From contig RBZT01000855.1 in the NCBI GenBank assembly GCA_003693705.1, forward strand, positions 124,001-188,000: a DNA stretch of 64,000 bases, read 5' to 3'. The DNA comes from Polymyxa betae A26-41 (Eukaryota; Protista; Endomyxa: Phytomyxea). Positions 50,702 to 64,000 of the stretch are shown piece after piece. Position 1 is the stretch's first letter; each line of letters begins with the position of its first letter. A model generated the notes under the pieces. That model was given only the letters and a program-made list of their open reading frames with translations, was not told where the DNA came from and ran no database searches. The position numbers and the translations under genes were made by a program.

Positions 50702-53700
50702 ATGATGGCCAGACCGATGGATAAAATCGTGATCTACATGCGGCAGTATGTTTGTGATCAGTCGAATCCAGACTGTGCCCATCTGAAACTGAAGATAGGG
50801 TCGCAAGCGTTTTTGCATTGATTAGTGCAATATCAGCTATTGTCTTCGTCGTATTAGCGTTCTTAATCTCGTCGCCTCTACCAGAGACTTGTCAAATGTC
50901 CTACTCCAAGCCTCGATACGCCCGAACGATTCTGCCGCCGACACTGACAATGGAGAAATTCTCCAAAAACTATGCCCTGTTCACATATACTGACGGATTC
51001 GCTCGATACATAATGGTTAGAATATACCCAAGAAATCTCATTGCGAACTTGCATAAATTTCTGATGTCAGAGCAAAATCACGGATTCTTTGACAATAGTG
51101 GCTTTCTTCCCCGGAAATGTTGGCAGCTATAAGCAGATTCGGTCAATAGCTTCGAGGATCATTCGAAAGATTCCAGAGGGAGTATTGGTGAGGAGAAAAT
51201 ATGATCCCGTTTACCTTTAACCTGAATGGCTATCAAGAGGGATGCTGTTGAACATTATACTTTCGATTTCGGTGAAGAGATGTCTGCACTGTCAGCTTCA
51301 TCGCTCCAATCGCAAGCAGCATTTGCATCGGACGCGCTCCTGAGCCTGGTAAACTCGCGAATGAAGTCACTCAACCTTGACCGGGTAATCAATATGGTTT
51401 TGACACTCGATCCAGCTGACTAACGTAATAGTCGCTGATATCCATTATATTGATTGGACATAGTATGGGCGGGTCTGTTGTTAGTTCATTATTCAGTCAG
51501 GCGGATTTCCCCTCTGACCTTGTCTCTGCTATATACATACTCGGAAGTCCTATTAGGTAGGGTTCGCCATTTTCTACTCAGTCGTAGGGTCAAATGTTCT
51601 GTCTAGAGCGCCGGTGCTCACCACAGAGTTCGCCTTGCACGATTTTTACCAGAGCCAACGTCATTTCTGGAATTTGCAGAATGCTCGAAACCTACAAGGT
51701 ACTTGGCTGTCGCATCTTTAGGATTCAGCAGATGGTGTTTAGGATTGAATGATGTGCTGTTTGTGTCTGTATCTGGAGGCATGAACGATTTGCTAGTCGA
51801 AAACAGCTTATCGGATATGACTGGAGTAATTAACGGGGCCAATTCGATATCGGTTGTGGCTTCCCAAATTCCAGAAGTAGATCTTCCTGTCGAGCATCAG
51901 GTTTTATTGACCCCGTTGCCGCTCCTCCAGCTGAGCTTGTCGATCAGGTTCTGGTGTGGTGTTCCGAGCTGGTTGAAGTTCTAGCTACATCCGTTATTTC
52001 CATGATCGATTTCGAGTCGAAATCGCCAACAGAGAGAAAAGCGAGAAGGAACGAACTCGCGCATGAAGAACTTTTAAGGTAAATTGTCAGATTCAGAATA
52101 GAATTTTCCTAACAACTGCAAAGGTTCTCATACCCTTGGCCACGACCTGTTAATACTTTCGTAAATTCGCAGATTGAGCAGCGCAGGGATTCTGAAATGG
52201 TCCGTTTGTCTCTCAGTTTCTTGCATACTGTTTCTAAATATTGCAGACACGAAACAAGAAGGTATCATTCGACAACTCTGTCGATGGCAACAGCTCAACA
52301 ATCCTGATTGATATTCCAGATTGGTAACCAATCTGTCGGAGCATATTGCCTCTATAATGAAGTATATCTGTAGGGAAGTGATATCGTCAGCGCTGGTGGC
52401 ATCGACTCATGAAGATATTCGTATATTCGGCTGTGCTTCAGAATCGTCTTGCATTGTATATCATGTAATTTGAATCAATCCCATACTCACTCTATTATAC
52501 AGCCGTTACGGTTTTTTGCATTCAATAATATCAGAAACTCAGCTGGCGCTCCTCATGGGATCTTCGCGTTCGAAAACTTGCATGCAAGTGGTAAGACTTA
52601 ATCATATGCTGTTTTCTTTTGTTCATTAGAGATTTTTTAAAGGGATGCGTTATATGAGGTTTGAGACTGCCGAAAGCCACATAAACAATACTCGATTCCG
52701 AGTCTGGGGGACTTTTAGCGAACATCCTATTGAGATGAAGAGTATTCTAAGCGGCGCTTTGTTGAAATGTTATTTAACAGGTTTTCAGGAGAGTGGGGAG
52801 GATACGAACTTCGCGATACATCTTTCGATGTTATATCTATAGAACATTCATTATCCACTGATCTCTTCTGTAAAGTGTCCCTGGAGCCTGTATATTGCCA
52901 GGTATACGTTCCTACTCCATATTGACGAACCAATTAATAGAAACTGTTTACAGGTGTCTAGCAATCGCATAGCCTCGTTCGCTCTGATAACTTTGGACAA
53001 TACCGGGTCTAGTCAGAGCGCCATTGTACACGAGAATTCCCCCAAAGTATGTTGCTGCTGGATATACAGAATGTTCATCTCATGACGTATCAGGAGATTC
53101 GGTTCTACCGAACCGCCACGATTACAAAAGGGATAAATTTCGTTCTTGTTTTGGACAGAAATTGCCAATATAAGGCAATATGTGCAATTATCTGGTTATG
53201 TGCTAAAAATTCTGAATGAAGCTCTAGGTCTCTATAGTGCCATTGAAAATGGCATCGATGTTGTCAACGTTATTCCATGATTTCGCAATTGTAGGGGATA
53301 TCTTTCTGGATTTCATTTCTCAACTGGATTCAGATACCTCAAGTTTTGGTGGCGATGACTTTTTTTCTTGTCACTATTCAGCTTATTCAATTCCATAGTC
53401 AGTTTATTTGTGTTTGTGCTTTGACAAATCTAATGCAATGAATCGGTTAGATTGGAAGCAAGTCCACAGGGTATTGCCTATACATAAAATTATCGTGAAG
53501 TATATCCCAGAAATAGTCATTTTATGTGGCTTCATGTCTATCGCGCTCCCATTTGCACTCAATTTCAGAATACCTGATCGTTCGTTTACACTAGATGGCA
53601 TTTGTTACTTTTTTTGAAACAGTCTCCAGGTGGGCCCTCAGCTTCAGTTCCTCTTCCAATTCCCCAATCGCTTTGGCCAATATTCGCTGTTTGTTTACTT

Positions 53701-54534
53701 TTTCTGATTATATTAAGTAAGCACAGAGTTTGTTGTTTTTGTTGATCTTCAAGTGAACACACTAGGCTCACTACTAGAGACGCTATTACATCCATGGCTA
53801 ATTCTACGAATTGCATTAAGTGTTCCTTTACACCGTCTTACATCGCCTCAAACTTGTAAGCCGACGTCAGTGCAATTCTTTGACGCTTCTAATGTCTCAG
53901 TGCACGCCCTGTTCGTTCTCACCATTCCGGTCTACTTTATCGTTTCCCCAATGTTTTACTCGATCATTGTTGGGCTTGTGGCGTTATCCGAATTCATCAG
54001 CAACAGTTACCGCGATGCAAGCTCAAGCATGCTGATTGTGCCAAGACTACTGAAATGCTCGTGGATGATGATCCATTTACGTGAGTACATTTCAGTGAAT
54101 GGCTTGCATTTGTTAACAGGCATCCCATTTTCAGTTCTTCTAATATCATGCATTCCAAGATGGACAGCGTTTCATTATCCGAATCCAATGTCTTCAATGT
54201 TGGCTCTTATAGATTTCTTATTATTTATAATGACAAATTGGTCGTTCGTCCTCGCCTCTTTCATATTTGTCACACACGATCTCAAAAGGGTTATACCGAT
54301 TGCTCTAATCACATTTGGGATTACATTGCTGTTGTGGGCACCAAGGTAAACGAGCGAGCCTGTTTCTTCCACGCTAATTAAACTTTCATTGCTAGGTCAA
54401 TTGCAATTTTTCCTGTAATTACGTTGTTTCTCTGGATTCTTGCTGGCGTCTGTTTTCTGGATCGGACCAGCGTAAGCGAAACTGATCGTGAAATATATTT
54501 AAAATTGGAGAATAGTAGTAATAAATTTGAATAG
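50702..54534 (+). CDS. PGAP1: GPI inositol-deacylase, multi-exon
   Basis: CQMSYSKPRY, PGNVGSYKQIRSIAS, DFGEEMSAL, lipase motif IGHSMGG, SVSGGMNDLLV, and a multi-TM C-terminus. Confidence 0.9.
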
Positions 54535-54763
54535 ATTATGCTACTCAGGGTACAAGTTAAAAAACGTAGTTCATAGGCATTTTTTCCATTCGAATTGCTT
54601 AATTTGGTCTTTTCCTTTTAAAGTTGCTAGAAAAGCTCGGCTTGGTTTACTCTAGAATCTCGGTAACGTAATATCTGTTTCTGGAAGCTCGTCGCACAGT
54701 AACATTACAGAACCCCCTCCTATTTGTGTGTTAAACAAGAGGGGACCGCCCCCAGTCTTGGTG

Positions 54764-57700
54764 ATGTCGTCTCTATTAAATCTTACAAAGCAAGAGATCA
54801 ATATATATAATGCATGGTTCAACCAGATCGCATCCCAGACCAACCCAAAGCAAGCGGCGGCACGGTTCCTGGCCTTATCTGGCCTGCCCAGGCAAATGCT
54901 GGCCTACGTACGCTGGATGATTATGAATGTGACCAAAATTTAATGCTCACCAGATATGGAGCACCTCTGGCCTTAATCAGAATGGGATCGATATACAACG
55001 ATTTTATATAGTTATGAGAATGGTGGCCTTAGCACAGCAAGGATATGAACCCAGCTCTGATACTGTCAGAAATATACAAAGTGTGAAACTTGTCACAAAT
55101 TCCAACATTTTTAAAATCAAATTCAGATGTTAATCTTCCATTTTTTGGTTATGAGGCACTTCCAGTTGCTGCTGTAACAGACCCGATCTGGGAAATCTCC
55201 ACTCAGGATCGGCAATATTATTCCAGAGGTTTCCATCGTCTCACTGGAGGTCGTCAACATCTTCCATTGGAGCATGCTGCAGCATTTTTTGCCAAGAGCG
55301 GTCTTCCGGTAACTCTGATCGAGCAAACCCTTCGGGTGGCCGATATCGATTCCGACAACAGGTATTTTCGCCAAATCACAATTTCTAAATCGGTGATCGA
55401 AGATGCAGGTTGGACGAGATGCAATTTATCGGTGCCATGCATCTTACCCAACTACTACGCTCTTATCAATCCAGCTTGCCAAACCAATTACCCGAGAATT
55501 TAGTAGCATCAATTCGACCGGATGAAAGTTCTGTGGTCGCTTTGGCCGTGCCAACTGAATCGACCCATTCATTGTCTTTATCTATACCTGAGAAAGTACA
55601 AAAATCTGAGGTAATAATTCTAATTTCTTGATGTTGTTCAATTCACAGGCTTATCACAGATTGTTCGTTTGACCGAAGAATGTGAGAAAGCTAAAGCTGA
55701 AACATGGCGATTTTCTAAGACTGTCTTCTCTGACATTGATGTATGTGGTTGTTATTCACTTGAAGATAATCATCATGTTCGTAGACATTGCATGTCGCCA
55801 AGCTGTTATTTCGAGATGATCATCAATACGTCTGTAACTTAGAAATCATCGATGCTGAAATAAGTTCCGATGGTATCGCCGCTTTTGGGAAAATGCTCAC
55901 CCATAACACGTAAGCAGCAATTAGCCTTAGGTCAATAATTTGAACACATATGCAGTGGCCTGGTTCAACTTTTATTCGAAAATATCAAAGTGTTAGGCGA
56001 AGGTTCATTTTCGTTGCTAATATCATGTTTGGGACGCAATCGAACTGTTCAACGGCTGTGTCTTATTGGTTGCCACATTAATGACAACGATATTGATACC
56101 CTGTCTGATATTGTGACCATGACAAACACTTTAAGAGAAATTAATCTTCTACGAAACCCGATTTCATCTCAGGCTGGTCTTCGCCTTCATAGAGTAACCG
56201 TTTTGATCAGGACATTCAATGAGCCGACCTGATTGTTGCTTTAGGCAGTACAGCAGAACCCTCTTCATATTAAACTAAGTCTTCCATTCGAGATTGTTCC
56301 CGGAAGAGAATCCTCCGAACCGGGTTCTTATTCAGAGAATGTTTCTTTGTCGCCGCATTACAGAACTCCTGAAGTAAACCGTTTCAGGTTCTCTCAGGAG
56401 TGGATGCTTGTGTCTTGTGCTCATTTTGTTTTCCTTACAGAACTGATCAGACATCTCCGGTTCATCTCTCGAATCATTTCGCTACCCCGAATGCTTCCCT
56501 GTCTTCTGTTGAAATTCGTATCAAGAACATGTGCATGGCATCAGAAACTCTGATGAAAGAATTTGCTATGAAGCTTTCTTTCAACCTGCTGTTTGACGCT
56601 GTTGACGACATTTCCGCCCATGAGAAGCTACGATTCATGCACCTGCAAATTCCTGGCAAGTTCAGCACTTGCCTTCTGGCAGTGCTTTCTATAGAATCTG
56701 TCAGAAACAAGCTTCTGAAAGAGTTGAGCAATTTATCACAAAGCGCTTCTGCAACTGTTCTTGAGTTGGGCAATACGATGGCACATTTCCAATCGTTTGA
56801 AAGGCATTCGAAAGATGAGTTGCCCGAAGATATCTTTATTCGTCACAAATTGTTGAATGCCCAGTATTTTCTTCACACCAACCGGTCGTTATTTGCTTTC
56901 TATCGCAGCTTACATTTGATGCTTTGCGATTTTTGGCTGTGCTGTTTATTAGAAGAGTCGCATGTTTCGTTCCATCTAGAAATCGATTACACTATCAGGT
57001 TGACTGCTCCCGTCATTCAGTCAGTTAAAAAACTGTCTTCGCTGGCCACAGCAGATCAGAATTGGATTTATTCAGTGTCTGAGGAAGTCTCTCGAAGACT
57101 CAGCTTCCGGTATGAAAGTCAAATTCGTCAATTAGAGGTCTCGGACTCCATGCTTGTTGCCGTCTGTGCTTTGTATCGAATTCTGGCCACCCTGGAGAAC
57201 CTACCTCAACTTGATACATTGAAGGATCTCGTAATCCATTTATTGGATCAGGTTGGTAGCTCCAGCGTCAAATGGAAATTAAAGACGAATATTGTTCCAA
57301 AAAATCCGAAAATTCGATGGAATCCTGATTCTGTATTCGTAAAACCTGCTCTGGCTGTTATATCGGACGGCTCTGATTGTGATAGATGGGTCATTGATGA
57401 CGACCACTATTCGCTTTGGTCTGGAAAGCGTTTTCGCCCGTCAAAATATGGGTATAGAATATGCTCGTTATCTGAGCTAAACAGATCAAAAAACGACTCT
57501 TTCATGAAATTGGTCAACAGCCCACCAGTTTCTCGTTGGCTGGGTCATCATGAGTCAATTCGAACCGAAAGGCAACAGCATATTTGTGTTCATGTTTCCG
57601 GTTTGAACGCCGTTCAGGCGAAAGTCTCCACCTGCTCAGTACCTGATGCTGAGCAGTCTGTTCAGCCTAATTCAATCCAAAAATCGACTCTCAAAGGAGC

Positions 57701-57767
57701 CATCCAGCATTTATTCAAATTGAACTCATCCCGGAACAATCCTCAGAGCCAAACCGAACAAGTTTGA
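54764..57767 (+). CDS. Protein with two EH domains, RI-type LRRs and an unassigned C-terminal domain
   Basis: EH1: ARFLALSGLPRQMLAYIW..FYIVMRMVALAQQG. EH2: FFAKSGLP..ADIDSDNRLDEMQFIGAMHL. LRR: LREINLLRNPISSQAG. Long final exon ends at 57767. Confidence 0.7.
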
Positions 57768-57960
57768 GAAGAATTCAGAATCCATGCGATAAAAACATAA
57801 TATTGGATGACAGAGATACAGCTTCTGTTGATTGTGTTGCAGTGAATGCTCTTCTTTCAGTTTGTATATCTCCATTTATCGAATAAATTACATAAATGTG
57901 CTGCGTGACCATAACTGAGAACTCGACCTAAGTCAGACCCGACACAGTTCTCGTCATTCT

Positions 57961-59318
57961 ATGTCCAATATGGCAATATGTCGACCTGGATACTTCTTAG
58001 CCACCATAGTTGTCGCCCTCGTAACCGCCCAAGTTCGATCACACGGTGCTGACAGCCACTCCCATCATGACCACCATGATCACCTCCATCACCGCCATCA
58101 TCATGCACATGGGCATGGTTCTCAACATCAACATTCTCATAAGCACAACTATCACCGCAGTATGTCGTTTATCTTGTTTATCTGGACGCATCTTGAAGAT
58201 AAACCTCAGAAAGTACGATTGCCCGTCAAGAGGAGCCTGGAATCGCTCGCTCGTCAGACTATTCAGTATGGCTTCAAACTTTGTTTGCTACAGCTGTTAT
58301 TGGATTGGCACCTATTCTTATATTGGCCTTTATACCGTCCAATATTGGCAGTAAAAATCAAACTAGTCAGGGCAGGTTGAAAGTTTTATTAGCATTTGCG
58401 GTGGGAGGTCTCCTAGGTGACGTGTTTCTCCATTTGCTTCCACACGCCATGGAGCATCATTCGCACAACCACGAACTCAGCCACAGCCATGACCATGGTG
58501 CTTCAGGATTGTGGGTTCTGACCGGAATACTGCTGTTTTTGGTCATCGAGAAGTTTGTTCTCACGTTCAGCACATCCGGCCATGGACATTCACATTCGCA
58601 TTCGAAAAAAGCGGAATTATCAACCGTTGATCAAGCAGACCTAAAACATAACGCGGAACAACAACCAAAAGCTGAACAAAATTTAAGGCATAGAGGTAAA
58701 AGCTCGTTAGCGAAAAATGAGCACTCAACAGTTCCTGGCAAAGAAGCAAACGATTTCTTAGAAAAACGTATTGCCCCAGCCGCTTATTTAAATATAGCCG
58801 CCGATTTCACACACAACTTCACTGATGGTAAGGTTGTACTTCACCTTAAGCTTCTTGAAAATTATCTGTGATCACTTAGGTCTAGCGATTGGGTCGTCCT
58901 TCCTGCTCGATTCCAAGATTGGATTTGTTACGGTCGTAGCAGTCCTGTTACATGAAATTCCACACGAAATAGGAGATTTTGCTCTATTGATCCAAGCAGG
59001 GTTTTCCAGAAAGGCAGCGGTGAGAACTCAAATATGGTCGGCGCTAGGAGCACTGGTTGGGGCCGTTGTCGGCTTACTGGCAGAAGAATCTACACGCGAA
59101 TCATCATGGGTAAATAGTTCATCGGCAAGACTGAGACTGGATTATATTACATTATGCACTAGATAATGCCCATGACAGCAGGCGGGTTTCTGTACATTGC
59201 CATGAGCTCGGTGATCCCTGAACTTCTGAAGCCGGCTACTCCGATGCAGTCGATAAAAGAAGTTTCGGCCATCATTACAGGAATCGGGCTGATGGCCACA
59301 ATCTCATTGCTTGAGTGA
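57961..59318 (+). CDS. ZIP7/Ke4-like (LIV-1) His-rich zinc transporter
   Basis: Signal peptide, poly-His tracts, LLAFAVGGLLGDVFLHLLPH, ADFTHNFTDG, LLHEIPHEIGDFALL, PMTAGGFLYIA. Confidence 0.93.
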
Positions 59319-62300
59319 AAAAATATTAAGCTTTATCCGGGAAATGTAATAAATATTTGGATATATGAGATGTTCCAGCATTGGTTTCCTCGCTTACAAT
59401 ATCACCACTAAATTTATCAGCTAGGTACCTTCTTGAAATCGCATCCAATTCCTAAGACATGTTATTTACTCGTCTGCACAAGCCACAGAACATACATCTC
59501 CAGACGATGATTCCTCTAAAGAAACGAACTGAATCCGGGGGATGTCAAAGATGTCATTCTCCGATGACCCAAAAACTGAACAAGAATATTTGATAAATTA
59601 TGTGAGCAAAGGATCAGCAAATGACCATACCGGTTGGGCTCTCTTCCAACGACAATTTAGACCTTCTCGACATTCTATTAAGGCTTTTCCGCCTGCGGCT
59701 TGTAACTGGCGAACGTTGTATTCGGTCAAAGTTATCGCCATGAGAAGACCAACTGTATTCTGAAAGAGAATCGATAATTTTCGAGTCTGCATTAGAGCTA
59801 GACGACTGCTCTGGACCTGCAGAGTCTGAAGCAGATGTCCTTTCAGCAGCTGGTGGCTTAATCTCCACTGAGACAGAATTCAGCTCGGATTGGCCGTTTT
59901 CTTGAGCGCCGGAAGTTTGCGATCGACATAAGGTCCTGTTAGAACTAATCCTACTGTGTATTGAATGCGTATCAGAGGGCTCTAATCTCTCTTTTCCAGC
60001 AGAATCATCACGATCGACGTCAGTGAGCTGATTTAAAATAGCCTCAGAAGAAGGAGCAAGGGTATCTAAGAGCCAAGTCTGAACACACACAAGGGTCATG
60101 CATTCCATCAATCGTACCGTGTACTGACGCTGCACTTGGAATATGTGATTCAGAGAAATCTCTTGACTGGTAAGCAGAGGTCTCGGAAACAGTATTCTGT
60201 AAATGCGAATTAAAAGACTCGGCATTAATTCGTGATTCGTTTCTGAGACTGCTCAGAATAGCGGAAGAATTTTGCTGTTCTGAATTGGAACTTATTAACT
60301 CCATAATGCAGGTCTAAGAGGGCCCACTAACCGGTGAGACGATCAAGATTATCTGAAACAGTTTCTTGCAATTTTGCGATATCTGATTCAACCGAGTTAG
60401 GAGTGTCTGCAGAATGACAGCAGCATGATGTCCGATGTCGATTTCCCAAAGCATGTTGCTCCAAGGACTCGCGTAATGAGTTAATCTGCTGCTGCAACGA
60501 TTTAAACTAGCAGAAACCCGTCAGAATTGTTCAAAATATGCAAAGATATGCAGAATACCTGACGCCTGAATTGAAGAAGTGTCATCGACGATAAACCGCT
60601 ATAATCTGTAGCCTGGAAAACGTTCCGATGATTATCAATAACATTTAACAACTCTTCGGACAGCCCTTTGGTGGGAGAATCAGTCACAAATTGCGAATGA
60701 GAGATATTTTCAGTTCCACTGGACGGGCTCGACGAGATGTCAGGCGCAAATTTGTCAGGTTTGTTAGAGATTAAGGAATGAATTTCATTCTTATGTTGTT
60801 GCCTAATGGAACAATTCGGTTTTATAAATGCCGACTCGGTTGAATCGAAAGCCGATGTTTCTCTGCATTTAGGTAGTTCAGATTTCTCTCCAACAGGACC
60901 GTTTGCATGTTCTGAGATTCCGGGAGGTGAATATTCGGGTAGAAACGAGCATGCTAACGATGCTGGAGGAGGTATAATCTGAGATGATATCAAAATGAGT
61001 TTACATGCCGAGATGATTAGAATACAGCAACATTTTGAGGAGATGCGGATTTCGAACGGAGGTGGGACTCGCCAGAATGTCCTCTGTAGCTGCCTTCGGC
61101 TTGACCTAAGTGCAAAGGAGGCACTGAAGCACTACGTTGTGAATTTCGGGACTCATTAAGTTGATAATTGCTGCCTGCAAAAGAATTAAGTATCGCCAAC
61201 TCGAAGAAACCTAACAGCTAGCCACCGTTATCGTGATATGGGTCGATAGAATTACAATTGTTGAGCGCAGACTGAAAGTCAGATTGATGACGATCGTCAA
61301 TTTCGAACGACCACCGAAAGCAGACCTCAGACTTGGTCTGGGATCCAAGATGAATTGACGTCATGCCAAAATTAAATAGCTTCAAAACATTATCTGATGG
61401 CTGATTGCAAACAATTCTCAGTGACATCATCGGATAATAAGCAAGTGCATACAGTGGTTCGACATTCATAAAATACAGCATTATGGGGGCCCGGATGGAC
61501 AATAAGAACTAAGAAAGTCATCGGCTCTGGCGATACACGATCTTGAATATTATGATTATAAAGAAATCGCATACAGCTTGCCCACACATGAACAGATTGA
61601 AGAGAAACATCGGACTCCTGACCATAAATCCATATCCCAATTAACGGCCACTTGAATGCCAACGCATCTCTATAAGTTAAAGGCACCGCGTTGCGAACCT
61701 GAATAATCTTTAAATATAAGACAGGCTAAAAGAGATTTGATAACAAAATGACCTGATCTAACGTTAAATAACCGAATTGAAACACAGAATTCATTGGCAA
61801 AGAAAGGTTGCCTTTCTGCAGCGCTTCGCCAAGAGGATTGTTCAATATACGTAGAGGCTTGATTTGTACAAACTGTAATGTTGAAGTGGGAACAACAATG
61901 TGCCCATGCAGTGAGCAAACACCAGCTTCTTTGGTAAACTGACAGAAAATATTGATAAAACTGGAAACGGATGGGAAGTCATCCGATTCAAGATTACCAA
62001 TCGCACGACGAACAGCTGGAGACATATTAAGCTCGCCTGTCTGAGCAATGTAAGAATTTGCAAGACGATAGAGGTATCCTTATTTACTTGAATGTTGATA
62101 CAATCCAACTCGGTGTTTTCCGGTCGTTGAGATAAAAATTTATCGACATTGAAAACATAAGAATCGCCTGTACGTTTATATCGCCCTAAAAGGGTTCCAC
62201 ACCATTCCACACCAGGTCTCTAAGAAATTAATAAAGACTGCTGAGAAATAAAATCTACGTACTTGTGTATATTGATACACTTGCTCCAAAATGTGTATTG

Positions 62301-62473
62301 GAATAATAATGACAGGAAGAAAACGTTCAATGTTGATATCGACAAAATCGCCAACTGGCTTTCGATCCCACAGAACACTCCGATACGAAGGAAAACGAAA
62401 ATGCGACGAGATACTTCATGGGATCTAAGATAATCGCCCAGACAGACTTATATCAGTACCTATGCGAGTTCAT
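59304..62473 (-). CDS. STIL: STIL / SAS-5 / Ana2-like centriole assembly protein
   Basis: STIL_N motifs FRFPSYRSVLWDRKPVGD, FGYLTLDQ, PLIGIWIYG, VWASCMRFLYNHNIQDRV and FYEC; short central coiled coil; C-terminal DIPRIQF...ELDAISRRYL resembling the STAN motif. Confidence 0.82.
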
Positions 62474-63174
62474 ATTGGAGAACAGCGAGTCGGCAGAGTC
62501 GCTCCTTGACGGATTGCAAGCCGACGAAAAATAGCGACTTAAATCATTAACCGAGTCCATGGCCAACCCCGGCCAGGGGCGATAATGCGAGGCGGCCTAG
62601 CGAGAATGTTAATGCGATCAGGTAGATTCGAATTTGAAACGGAAGCAGGCTGTTGCGACTACAGGCATTCATGTAGAAGGGAGGCCAATATGTGCGGCGG
62701 CGGGGCCCACCTACAGTCGCACTCTCAGCGCGGGCTTGAAATTGCTCTTTTTGACCCATTGCAGCTCAAGAGATAGGGTGCATTAGACCGAAAGTGTGTA
62801 TACCCGGTCAGTACGTGGCTTCAGTTCATACAGCAGAAACGGTCTACTCAAGGATCGAAGGGACATTTTGAGTTTGTTGCAGCAATTCTTGGACTCAGAG
62901 TTCGGCTGGAGTTTATATAAACCCTTCTTGAAGATTTGCTGCCAGAAACTTGTTGTGTGACTGGCTCGCTTACGTTAATAGAGATCGATTTAGAATCGGT
63001 CGCCCACGCTCGCATCTGCGTAACTTCACTACCGTCTACCGGTACCTACATCCGCAGCTCTTCGATCTACGAACTTAAGTTTCCTGCCACAACCAATATT
63101 GTCGGTGTATTCGTTGAGGTCGGGCCTATCAGTTCCATTCAACTTTCGAGCATAAACTCTGAATTTGCATTACG

Positions 63175-64000
63175 ATGGAGAAGATCAATCGTGATCAGCT
63201 ATACACGGATTTGCTTTACCGCTTCCAGTATGTTTCCAAATTCGTTGACTTTGGCGACGAAGACAAAAAAATGATTCATGACGCCGCCACCCATCTGGCT
63301 CCTCTTGTTCCGACCGTTGTGAACGCCGGTATGTCTCATCTTTCAAGTTTCCGAACTTCAATTGATTTGATTTTTCAGTGTACACCAAGCTGTTCTCATT
63401 TGACATCACCAAAAAGCACTTCGCTGCACAAATGGAGCATTTTAAAGGAAACGTTATTAACAATATCGAGGAGTTATCTCAAGATAGGTTAGTCCTGCTG
63501 GTTTACTGCTGTAAATGGCTAATTTTGCTATAGTGAACAAATCAAGTTCAGGAAAGACATGCTTTCGAAATATCTTACAAAGCTTGTCACAGCCGAGTAT
63601 AACGAAGCATTTGTGAAATACCTGGATTGGGTTGCCCTGGTTTGCCCCTTATTTCTGCCTATTATTGTTATCTGATGCAGCTAATAGATTCACACCAAGA
63701 CTGAGATCAAGAAGAGCCCTATCAATGTCGAGTACATTCACATTAATGCACTGCTAGGATACGTCGAAAACATCTTAATCGCTGCCATTTCGGATTTACC
63801 CTTAGAGGCTGCCCTTAAGAAGAAGACATTATTAGCATTCAACAAGCTGCTATGGATCCAGAACGACTTATTCTCCCAATATTACGTGTACGATGGCTGC
63901 GATTTAGTTAATTCGCGAGCGAAAGAAAAGAAAGTGCAACGCCCATCATGCAAACAGGGCATAATGTCACTGTGTTGTCCAGTAAGCAATGGCATTCCTG
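63175..64000 (+). CDS. Protoglobin / globin-sensor single-domain globin, 3'-truncated by the window
   Basis: LYTDLLYRFQYVSKFVDF..D, VYTKLFSFDIT, YLDWVALIH, VEYIHINALLGYV, AFNKLLWIQNDLF; 3 introns. Confidence 0.9.

Noticed and set aside
62540-62755. GC-rich segment with a TGCGACT/AGTCGCA stem, SRP-like CAGGT..GAAACGGAAGCAG and a T5 run
   Set aside because: The helix-8-like motif is interrupted by an insertion and few other helices are present; more simply a divergent promoter region.

Overview
Gene-dense eukaryotic nuclear DNA with about 35 mostly housekeeping genes. Most are split by many short (about 42-60 nt) GT-AG introns, which is why the ORF track is fragmented. The standard genetic code fits every gene I traced. 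The gene structure, together with flagellar and centriolar genes (kinesin-2, STIL) and a sucrose-type transporter, suggests a zoosporic protist, possibly a plasmodiophorid; this is inference only. Recognisable genes: kinesin-2, Rho, INTS2, COG7, SUT/SLC45, NOA1, SAR1, UBAC2-like, RibD_C, mitochondrial EF-G, SPF27, SF3A3, a TmcB-like PAS membrane protein, ZIP11, a divergent NF-YA, an EDR2_C protein, MMTAG2, asparagine synthetase, a FANCB-like protein, CSN7, RPL19, NDUFAF3, RCC1-IPT, LRR, acylphosphatase, F-BAR, PGAP1, EH-LRR, ZIP7, STIL and a protoglobin. The most striking unexplained feature is a non-coding element of about 965 nt (36357-37320). It folds by eye into many nested helices closed by a 5'-3' terminal helix, with G-U pairs pointing to a + strand RNA, and I could not assign it to a known family. 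All gene models and folds were made by hand, so boundaries are approximate where stated.
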